Assembly: GCF_024170405.1 (NCBI RefSeq)
Contig: NZ_JALJYC010000046.1
Span: forward strand, 1 to 7,139
Reading direction: 5' to 3'
Origin: Neisseria perflava
GTDB taxonomy: Bacteria; Pseudomonadota; Gammaproteobacteria; Burkholderiales; Neisseriaceae
DNA length: 7,139 bases
Shown here: in pieces, positions 1-5,563 of the stretch
Layout of the letters: each line of letters opens with the position of its first letter
Position numbering within the stretch: position 1 is the first letter of the stretch
Made by a program: the position numbers and the translations under genes
Notes under the pieces: generated by a model
Database searches by the model: none
Seen by the model: only the letters and a program-made list of their open reading frames with translations
What the model was told of the DNA's origin: nothing

Positions 1-1
1 A

Positions 2-13
2 AGGCCGTCTGAA
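2..13 (+). repeat. DNA uptake sequence, 12-mer AGGCCGTCTGAA (AG-type extension)
   Basis: Exact GCCGTCTGAA core at 4-13, preceded by AG. Confidence 0.9.
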
Positions 14-24
14 ATCACTCCCGT

Positions 25-36
25 TTCAGACGGCCT
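25..36 (-). repeat. DNA uptake sequence, 12-mer AGGCCGTCTGAA on the minus strand
   Basis: TTCAGACGGCCT at 25-36 is the reverse complement of AGGCCGTCTGAA. Confidence 0.9.
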
Positions 37-70
37 TATATATTTAAAGCTCCTAAAAGGGGCATTTCAA

Positions 71-81
71 ACGGTATCTTG
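71..81 (+). repeat. Copy 1 of the exact 11-mer ACGGTATCTTG (candidate attL/recombination core)
   Basis: Identical 11-mers at 71-81, 6117-6127 and 7126-7136, all in direct orientation. Copy 1 lies 34 nt right of the flank terminator. Confidence 0.6.
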
Positions 82-115
82 AGCCGAGTAGCTCGTATCA
101 CACCGTAAGGCTGAT

Positions 116-144
116 AGCCCCTTCAATTTAAAGTTGTAGGGGCT
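116..144 (+). promoter_or_regulatory. Hairpin whose 3' arm contains the Shine-Dalgarno sequence of the 151-372 ORF
   Basis: AGCCCCT (116-122) pairs with AGGGGCT (138-144). An inner CAA/TTG (124-126 / 134-136) extends the stem. The AGGGG at 138-142 is the only SD-like element upstream of ATG 151. Confidence 0.3.
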
Positions 145-150
145 TTAATT

Positions 151-372
151 ATGGCAAACGAAATCACACGTATTTTATCAATTTCAACAGATTCAAAGCG
201 TATAGAAGTCAACAAACATTCTATTAAAGACGCATCTCAAGAAATCATCTTATACAAAAACAACCGCCTTTATTGCACGATTTGGACAGTTCCCCGTTTT
301 ACAGACGGCATTATTAAAGAATTTTTATCGACAGGACAAATTGCAAATTTCACAGGCTTAATGGTGGTGTAA
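151..372 (+). CDS. Hypothetical 73-aa protein immediately upstream of rep (possible phage regulator or accessory protein)
   Basis: The ORF has an AGGGG SD 8 nt upstream. Its stop at 370-372 lies 2 nt before the rep ATG, so the two are probably coupled. I recognise no motif. Confidence 0.5.
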   Translation: MANEITRILSISTDSKRIEVNKHSIKDASQEIILYKNNRLYCTIWTVPRFTDGIIKEFLSTGQIANFTGLMVV

Positions 373-374
373 AG

Positions 375-1757
375 ATGACAAACGCAAACAATACCCAAGT
401 AGAACGTAGTGAGGAACTGAAAACAGCGGCGGCGGATTTATGTCCGCCTTGCGGACAGGAAGCCGCCGCTGTTCAGAGTACCCCCACTAGTAACACGGGG
501 GGACTGGTAAGCGAAGCATACAGCACGTATGTGGTAGCGGGTGGCAAGTTGAAAGAAGTCCCGTTAAAACGTGGTGTATCAACAGCCGCTTTTGTCGATA
601 CCCTGACCTTTACCGTACATGAAGATGTTTTTGTCCGTCCTGACCAACTCGGCACAGAAGAAGAAATTACTGCAAACGTATCTGCCGAACTTGAAGAAAT
701 CATGGGGTACGGCTTATTTTGCCACCAAACAGGGCGTAACGGTTATGAAACCTCTTACAAGATGGGAAACGAAACCGTCAATTACGGATTTGTCGCTCTC
801 GGTGGAAACCGCCAACGCCAAACTATCTGCTTTTACTTTACCGGGGAAGGTTTGGTAGCTGCAAAAGAAGGCTGGGAAGTCCGTTTATACAACTATTTCA
901 AGACCTATGCACCGTTCGCAAAAATCACACGTTGCGATTTAGCTCACGATTTCTTAGACGGCGAATATACCCCCGAACAAGCAAAAAAAGATTGGGAAAA
1001 CGGTTTATATACAGCTCGTCAAAGCTGTCCAGTCGCCGAATGTGTCGGAAGTGACTGGCTCAAAGACGAAGGCCGCGGCAAAACCTTTTATATCGGAAGC
1101 CGTAAAAACAGTTCTCGCTTTGCCCGTATCTACGAAAAAGGCAAACAGTTAGGCGATAAAGACAGCCGTTGGGTACGTGTCGAACTTGAAATGAAAAACA
1201 GGGACATCCTTATCCCGCATGAAGTTTTAATTGAACCAGGTCGTTTTTTAACAGGTGCATACCCTGTGTTTGAAGTCTTATTCGAACAATACCAAGAAAC
1301 AGCCTTCAAAGCGGAAAAAGTAAAAAAGGTTCAGGACTTGGGGCATGAACATGTCCTTAAATATGCCTCCATGCAAGTATCCCCCGCCATCAAGATGTTG
1401 ATGGAAATGGGCTTTAGTGACAGCCAAATAGTAGAAACATTACTTAACCCAAAAGCAAAACTGCCCAAACGCCTTGTGCCGGAAGCATTCGATTGTTCGT
1501 ATCTAAATGTAGCGTTTATCCATGAACATAAACGACTGCCATATAGCGAAGCAGAGTTGTTGGAAAAATTCAGTAATGAACTGAATCCGCCAAAACGAAT
1601 GACTCATAGAACCTATGATCAGTATTTAGAAGCCAAGACCCGCTATGAAGGGGAAAGCATTATCGGTCTGAACCGAAACCGAAGCTATGAAGAATATATG
1701 TATGACCGCTATTTACGGAATGGCATTTTAAATCTAAACGAAAGGAAAACGACATGA
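375..1757 (+). CDS. Filamentous-phage replication initiation protein, Rep_trans / RstA / NicK-like rolling-circle initiator
   Basis: 460-aa ORF. It carries motifs I associate with the Rep_trans family: VDTLTFTV near the N-terminus, ITRCDLAHDF, FYIGSRKNSSRFARIYEKGKQ and WVRVELEMK. It occupies the first large-gene position of the inovirus replication module. Confidence 0.85.
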   Translation: MTNANNTQVERSEELKTAAADLCPPCGQEAAAVQSTPTSNTGGLVSEAYSTYVVAGGKLKEVPLKRGVSTAAFVDTLTFTVHEDVFVRPDQLGTEEEITANVSAELEEIMGYGLFCHQTGRNGYETSYKMGNETVNYGFVALGGNRQRQTICFYFTGEGLVAAKEGWEVRLYNYFKTYAPFAKITRCDLAHDFLDGEYTPEQAKKDWENGLYTARQSCPVAECVGSDWLKDEGRGKTFYIGSRKNSSRFARIYEKGKQLGDKDSRWVRVELEMKNRDILIPHEVLIEPGRFLTGAYPVFEVLFEQYQETAFKAEKVKKVQDLGHEHVLKYASMQVSPAIKMLMEMGFSDSQIVETLLNPKAKLPKRLVPEAFDCSYLNVAFIHEHKRLPYSEAELLEKFSNELNPPKRMTHRTYDQYLEAKTRYEGESIIGLNRNRSYEEYMYDRYLRNGILNLNERKTT

Positions 1758-2065
1758 AAGCAAGTTTGCGTAAAGTGAAATGGAATAAAGGCGTTGTACA
1801 AGATACAGGTCGGGAATACGACTACACCCGTATCTATATCGAAGCACCTATTTGGGACGGTTCATCAAATGAATTTGGCTTAGACACCATTTAACTTGAA
1901 TATGGTAACGAAGAAGCCCATAAAAATCTGTTCCATCTTAAAGGCAAATTGCCGGTAGATATTGAAGTTGAATATATCGACATGGTTAAAGGCAATGACG
2001 TTTTGAAAGTCGTGCAAAGCCTGAAAGTTCTGACACCGCAAGTTTCGGCAACACCGAAACCGTAA
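1754..2065 (+). pseudogene. Gene in the ssDNA-binding (gene V / RstB) position, 103 codons interrupted by an in-frame TAA at 1892-1894
   Basis: ATG 1754 overlaps the rep stop (ATGA), with AAGGA 7 nt upstream. The frame reads MKASLRKVKWNKGVVQDTGREYDYTRIYIEAPIWDGSSNEFGLDTI, then TAA, then stays open for 56 more codons (LEYGNEEAHKNLFHLKGKLPVDIEVEYIDMVKGNDVLKVVQSLKVLTPQVSATPKP) to TAA 2063-2065. The second part has no start codon or SD of its own. The function is assigned by synteny only. Confidence 0.55.
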
Positions 2066-2067
2066 CC

Positions 2068-2097
2068 GAATTCAGGCTACGGGGGTGGCTTGAATTC
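2068..2097 (+). promoter_or_regulatory. 10-bp hairpin between the ssb-position gene and the major coat gene (possible attenuator or RNA-processing site)
   Basis: GAATTCAGGC (2068-2077) pairs with GCTTGAATTC (2088-2097), including one G-T/G-U position, with a 10-nt loop. No U-run follows, so this is not a classical terminator. Confidence 0.35.
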
Positions 2098-2145
2098 CCC
2101 TACATTAAAGCCCCCAAATTCGTCTTATTTTTAAAGGAAAACATC

Positions 2146-2358
2146 ATGAAATTTATGAATACCTGCCGTAAATACGGCGCAAAAGCCGCAGTAGCAGCTC
2201 CTTTGGCTCTGGCAACGCAAGCTTATGCAGCATTGCCTGATGATGCAAAATCAGGCATTGAAGCCGCAAAAACCGATGGCTTGGAAGCAGGATGGTTGGT
2301 TGTCGGCGTATTTGCCTCTCTTTTCGTTATCGCCATCGTGAAACGTCTGTTGCGCTAA
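2146..2358 (+). CDS. Inovirus major coat protein (pVIII/Cep-like) precursor
   Basis: 70 aa, with a signal peptide ending AYA/A (predicted cleavage after residue 28). The 42-aa mature protein has an acidic N-terminus (ALPDDAKSGIEAAKTD), a hydrophobic core (WLVVGVFASLFVIAIV) and a basic DNA-binding tail (KRLLR). A strong SD (AAGGAAA) lies upstream. Confidence 0.9.
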   Translation: MKFMNTCRKYGAKAAVAAPLALATQAYAALPDDAKSGIEAAKTDGLEAGWLVVGVFASLFVIAIVKRLLR

Positions 2359-2367
2359 GGCCATAAC

Positions 2368-2643
2368 ATGTACTACCAAGTTGGAAACCAATGTTTAGAG
2401 CAAAGCCAAGCCGAAAACGTGTATTTCAGCTTGGTAGTACCTACCGTAACCGAAGACGGCAGGATATTAAAACCTGAATATAACGGAACAGGTTGGCAGC
2501 TTGACGGCCAAGTTATCAAAGCAGATTTACCGCAATGCAGCCCTGAAGAGAATTTAAAAGACGGTTTGGAAACAGGTTGGCTGATATTTGGCGTAATGGC
2601 AGCGTGTTACGTGATTATCGTTGTGAAAAGAATGCTCAGATGA
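2368..2643 (+). CDS. Coat-protein paralogue: novel 64-aa N-terminal domain fused to a major-coat-like TM and basic tail
   Basis: Residues 65-91 (DGLETGWLIFGVMAACYVIIVVKRMLR) match 17 of 27 positions of coat residues 44-70 (DGLEAGWLVVGVFASLFVIAIVKRLLR). The N-terminus has no recognisable signal peptide and carries two Cys (C9, C57). An AAGG SD lies 7 nt upstream. Confidence 0.75.
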   Translation: MYYQVGNQCLEQSQAENVYFSLVVPTVTEDGRILKPEYNGTGWQLDGQVIKADLPQCSPEENLKDGLETGWLIFGVMAACYVIIVVKRMLR

Positions 2644-2711
2644 TAGATTTTTATTTTTTACTGGGTTTGGCCGTGCCGGTCATCATAGGCATGATGATTT
2701 TTAAAGATTGA
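2640..2711 (+). CDS. 23-aa hydrophobic micro-ORF, candidate pVII/pIX-type minor coat protein
   Basis: ATG 2640 overlaps the preceding stop (ATGA). The peptide is MIDFYFLLGLAVPVIIGMMIFKD. Size, hydrophobicity and position after the coat genes resemble Ff pVII/pIX. It is too short for the ORF track and its SD is weak. Confidence 0.35.
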   Translation: MIDFYFLLGLAVPVIIGMMIFKD

Positions 2712-2767
2712 AAAACATGTTAAATTCCCATTTCGGATAACACAGTTGACGAAGTGAGGAATTTAAG

Positions 2768-3073
2768 ATGATTTGGGATATTTATAAGGGTTTCCGCCTG
2801 TATCTTTTAATGCGGGTTGTGTTGGATATCTTAGATATTTATCCGGCTCGAAAATATATATTTTGGCTTGTTTTATGTGTGGCTATTTTTGAAATAGTAA
2901 GAATTTTCATAAATAGAAACAATGATGAACCAGATGAAGATATTTTTATTGAAACACCTATAAATCCTAAAGGCTCGCCACCTGATTTTGATTCCGTTCA
3001 ATTCATGAAAGATTTGAACGAATTCAATTTGAAGCAAAAAGAAAAAATACGGGTAAAAAGGAAAAATGAATAA
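2768..3073 (+). CDS. Hypothetical 101-aa membrane protein in a low-GC block (possible moron or minor virion/assembly protein)
   Basis: A GAGGA SD lies 7 nt upstream. The N-terminal half is hydrophobic (LYLLMRVVLDILDI, YIFWLVLCVAIFEIVRIF) and the C-terminal half is charged. By hand count this region is about 27-35% GC per 60-nt line, against roughly 43-52% in sampled rep and zot lines. Confidence 0.6.
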   Translation: MIWDIYKGFRLYLLMRVVLDILDIYPARKYIFWLVLCVAIFEIVRIFINRNNDEPDEDIFIETPINPKGSPPDFDSVQFMKDLNEFNLKQKEKIRVKRKNE

Positions 3074-3086
3074 GTTATTTTTTTAA
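3066..3086 (+). other. Out-of-frame start of the pIII-like gene: ATG plus six codons ending in a T7 tract (3078-3084) and TAA
   Basis: The frame reads ATG AAT AAG TTA TTT TTT TAA, with AAGGA just upstream. One extra T, or a -1 slip on the T tract, joins it to the 3149 frame. That frame is already open from 3074 and encodes the hydrophobic core and AFA cleavage site of a signal peptide. Confidence 0.7.
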
Positions 3087-3148
3087 GCGGTCTTTTACTT
3101 TGTTCTTCATTTGCTTTTGCTGAACTAAATGTATCAAAAAGCGGTAAA

Positions 3149-4468
3149 GTGACTTATAAAAAACAGTCTGTTGCTCATTGGTATTCTAGTGGTTGGTCAA
3201 AAAGTGCAATTTCAGATAGTGCTTACAGAAACTTTCAAACTCAGGCAATGAAGGTCAGATATGAAAAGGCATTGTCGGCTTCATCTGTTCCAGTAGGTCT
3301 TGAAGCGGGTGTTTCAAGAGCAACCGTTCTAAAAAACTTATTCAGTAATTTTAAAAAATTCCGCTTTGGTGGCGGTTTTTGGACTTGGGCGGCTTTTACC
3401 GCTGTCGGTTTCGCTATTGATAAACTCCTAGAAGACGACGGCTACACCTATTCCGATTCAGGCAACAACTACACCAAAAATTATGCTTGTACAGTCAAAG
3501 CCAAATATCGTACGACGGTCTATGAAACCTTAGGCGTGTCCGATTCTGAATGCTCACGCGAATTAGGTTCAGCCATTGGTACTTATCTTTGTCAGAAGCA
3601 TTTTTCTTGGAGTGGATATACTTTTTCAGGATTTAATACAAGTAACGGAAATTGTGAATTTTCTAAAGGAAGTGATGTAAGGTCAAAAGGTAATATCACT
3701 TTTACCAAAAATCCCATAACAACCACACTTCAAGATGAAACCCTAGAAAGAATTATCGGCAAAGCCTTAGACAACGCAACAAGTACCGCTCTAGACAAAT
3801 ATATTCAAGCAACCGCCGATGAAAACGGCGATATTCCCGGTCTGGACATGACTATTTCCGTCCCTGCTGGAACAGTCGTTACCATCGGCCCATATACCGA
3901 CACAGACGGAAAAGTTAAACAAGCCACGATTACGTTCCAGCAAAGCGAAAGCGGAGAGACAACCGCCGATGTACAGGAAGAAGAACGTCCTGATTTAACG
4001 CCAAACAGCGAAGAAGCGCCGTCAGTAGAGCCGGAAGAAGAAACCGGCACCGGGTCGGGCAGTGAAACCGGAACAGGTACGGGAACGGGTAGCAGTACTG
4101 GAACGTCTACCGGAACAGATACCGGCACTTCAACCCGCACTGAAACCCAGCCGCAGGAACAAAGTTTTTTATGTGATTTATTTCCCGACATTCTTGCTTG
4201 CCAAAAAATGGGCGAACCATCAGAAGAAACATTTGAAGAGATAAGTATTCCGCAAGCAACTGATGATACAACATGGAAGCCTGATAGCTTTTTAGCTCCT
4301 AATGGCGTATGCCCGCAACCTAAGTCATTTAGCGTATGGGGTAAATCAGTTGAAATAAGCTACGAGCCTTTATGTGTATTGATGGAACAAGTCCGCTTTG
4401 CCGTTTTACTCGCATTCATTGTCATTTCTGCCTATATTTCATTTGGCGGATTAAGGAGTAAAGACTAA
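3149..4468 (+). CDS. pIII/OrfU-like minor coat (adsorption) protein; the true N-terminus is probably at 3066 via the T7 tract
   Basis: 439-aa ORF from GTG 3149, in the position before the pVI-like and Zot-like genes. It has an acidic and Gly/Thr/Ser-rich linker (EEETGTGSGSETGTGTGTGSSTGTSTGTDTGTSTRTET), a Cys-containing C-terminal domain and a terminal membrane anchor (FAVLLAFIVISAYISFGG). The in-frame upstream sequence encodes ...FLSGLLLCSSFAFA/ELNV. Confidence 0.8.
   Translation: MTYKKQSVAHWYSSGWSKSAISDSAYRNFQTQAMKVRYEKALSASSVPVGLEAGVSRATVLKNLFSNFKKFRFGGGFWTWAAFTAVGFAIDKLLEDDGYTYSDSGNNYTKNYACTVKAKYRTTVYETLGVSDSECSRELGSAIGTYLCQKHFSWSGYTFSGFNTSNGNCEFSKGSDVRSKGNITFTKNPITTTLQDETLERIIGKALDNATSTALDKYIQATADENGDIPGLDMTISVPAGTVVTIGPYTDTDGKVKQATITFQQSESGETTADVQEEERPDLTPNSEEAPSVEPEEETGTGSGSETGTGTGTGSSTGTSTGTDTGTSTRTETQPQEQSFLCDLFPDILACQKMGEPSEETFEEISIPQATDDTTWKPDSFLAPNGVCPQPKSFSVWGKSVEISYEPLCVLMEQVRFAVLLAFIVISAYISFGGLRSKD
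4043..4147 (+). repeat. Imperfect (ACN-GGN)n coding microsatellite-like tract giving a Thr-Gly/Ser-rich linker
   Basis: 35 codons read TGTGSGSETGTGTGTGSSTGTSTGTDTGTSTRTET. The repeated ACCGG/ACGGG/ACAGG units are visible in the DNA. Confidence 0.8.
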
Positions 4469-4752
4469 TGCCTGCCGCTTTAATACCACTTATCGGCATA
4501 TTGCTGAAACTTCTGGTTGTTAGAATTATTATTGCAACCGGTATGACCTTTGTAACTTATACCGGCTATATAGTTGCCTTAGATACCTTCAAAGACTACA
4601 TCAGCCAAGCTATGGCCTCAATGCCCGATGATATTCTTCAGTTATTGCTGATTGGTGGATTCGGTCAAGGACTTGGATATTTGTTTGGTGCATTTTCATT
4701 TCGAATCAGTATGAGCGCATTAAACAAATTGACATTTGTTTTACCGAAATAA
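4468..4752 (+). CDS. pVI/Ace-position small membrane protein (minor coat protein, DUF2523-like by recollection)
   Basis: 94 aa and very hydrophobic (LIPLIGILLKLLVVRIIIATGMTFVTY, LLLIGGFGQGLGYLFGAF). The start overlaps the pIII-like stop (TAATG), with an AAGGAG SD. It sits between the pIII-like and Zot-like genes, as in CTXphi and Ff. Confidence 0.7.
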   Translation: MPAALIPLIGILLKLLVVRIIIATGMTFVTYTGYIVALDTFKDYISQAMASMPDDILQLLLIGGFGQGLGYLFGAFSFRISMSALNKLTFVLPK

Positions 4753-4761
4753 GGGGAAAAC

Positions 4762-5499
4762 ATGATTTATCTGTTTACCGGAAATATGGGTACCGGCAAA
4801 ACCTCGCGTGTTGTATCCATGATTTTAAACAATGAAGACGGTTTGTTTAAAATGAAGCTCGAAGACGGTACGGAGGTTGATAGACCACTATATTTTTGTC
4901 ACATCGACGGCTTGGATAAACGTAAGTTTAACTCCCACGAGTTGACAGAAGAGCAAATTATGGAAGCCCCGTTGCGTGATGTAATCCCGCAAGGTGCAGT
5001 ATTAATTGTAGATGAAGCACACTATACCTATCCAGTCCGTTCTGCCGGTCGTCCTGTGCCTCCTTACATTCAAGAATTAACTGAACTCCGACATCACGGC
5101 CATACGGTTATTTTAATGACACAGCACCCAAGCCAATTAGACGTATTTGTCCGCAATTTGGTTTCAAAACATGTTCATCTTGAGCGTAAAGCAGTCGGAA
5201 TGAAGCAGTATTGGTGGTACAAGTGCGTAACCAGTTTAGACAATCCGGCCGGTGTCAGCGGCGTGGAATCTGCAAGTTGGAAACCGCCTAAAGAAGCATT
5301 TAAATATTACAAATCTTCCAGCCAACACCAAAAATTTAAGAAAAAAGTCCCCTTGGTAATATGGGCGTTAATTGCAATTTTGGGGTTTGTCGGTTGGAAG
5401 GCATACACCATGTACAATTTGTATAAAGAAGGTACGCAGACAACAGAACAGGTTGCAGATGTTCAAGCAACACCGGAAAGCAACATAGCAGAAAAATAA
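4762..5499 (+). CDS. zot: Zot/pI-like assembly ATPase, N-terminal ATPase domain plus TM segment (truncated relative to typical pI/Zot)
   Basis: Walker A is GNMGTGKTS (aa 7-15) and Walker B is VLIVDEAH (aa 80-87). A TM segment is present (VPLVIWALIAILGFVGWKAY), and an AAGGGG SD lies upstream. At 245 aa it is short for this family; the next frame is open from 5489. Confidence 0.85.
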   Translation: MIYLFTGNMGTGKTSRVVSMILNNEDGLFKMKLEDGTEVDRPLYFCHIDGLDKRKFNSHELTEEQIMEAPLRDVIPQGAVLIVDEAHYTYPVRSAGRPVPPYIQELTELRHHGHTVILMTQHPSQLDVFVRNLVSKHVHLERKAVGMKQYWWYKCVTSLDNPAGVSGVESASWKPPKEAFKYYKSSSQHQKFKKKVPLVIWALIAILGFVGWKAYTMYNLYKEGTQTTEQVADVQATPESNIAEK

Positions 5500-5563
5500 T
5501 CAAGGCATTAATGGGAATAGTTCCCCTAATGGCAATCTAAAACCATCCGATTTTGTACCGACA

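Larger units (their letters stand above)
1..37. terminator. Inverted pair of DNA uptake sequences forming a hairpin, as in Neisseria intergenic terminators; chromosomal flank left of the prophage
   Basis: AAGGCCGTCTGAAA (1-14) is the exact reverse complement of TTTCAGACGGCCTT (24-37), with a 9-nt loop, followed by AT-rich ATATATTT. Inverted DUS pairs are a known Neisseria terminator architecture. Confidence 0.75.

Noticed and set aside
139-149. 11-nt inverted match between GGGGCTTTAAT (139-149) and ATTAAAGCCCC (2104-2114), both upstream of ORF starts
   Set aside because: A single pairwise 11-mer match is expected a few times by chance in 7 kb, more so in AT-rich leaders. Unlike the triple direct repeat, there is no third copy and no boundary logic.
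301-310. Near-DUS TACAGACGGC (one mismatch), and TCGGTCTGAA at about 1664-1673 (two mismatches)
   Set aside because: They are not exact cores. They lie in coding sequence and are likely chance similarity.
473-703. 76-aa minus-strand ORF, plus the 79-aa alternative-frame + ORF at 619-858, both inside rep
   Set aside because: Both lie entirely within the strongly supported 460-aa Rep gene. Neither has an SD or a recognisable motif. Their composition (Ser/Thr/Val-rich antisense translation) is typical of shadow ORFs.
2094-2099. dRS3 half-sites: ATTCCC at 2094-2099 and at about 2724-2729, GGGAAT at 1812-1817 and 5513-5518
   Set aside because: dRS3, the described Nf attachment repeat, is ATTCCC-N8-GGGAAT. 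None of these hexamers has its partner at the right spacing, and isolated hexamers are expected by chance.
3805-4244. 128-aa minus-strand ORF (3805-4191) and 60-aa alternative-frame + ORF (4062-4244) inside the pIII-like gene
   Set aside because: Both are artefacts of the stop-free ACN-GGN repeat region. The antisense product is a PV/SV repeat. Both lie inside a well-supported gene.
5513-5526. Small palindrome GGGAA-TAG-TTCCC, and the 9-codon ATG ORF at 5511
   Set aside because: The stem is only 5 bp. It lies inside the frame that most likely continues the Zot-like protein, and the mini-ORF has no SD.
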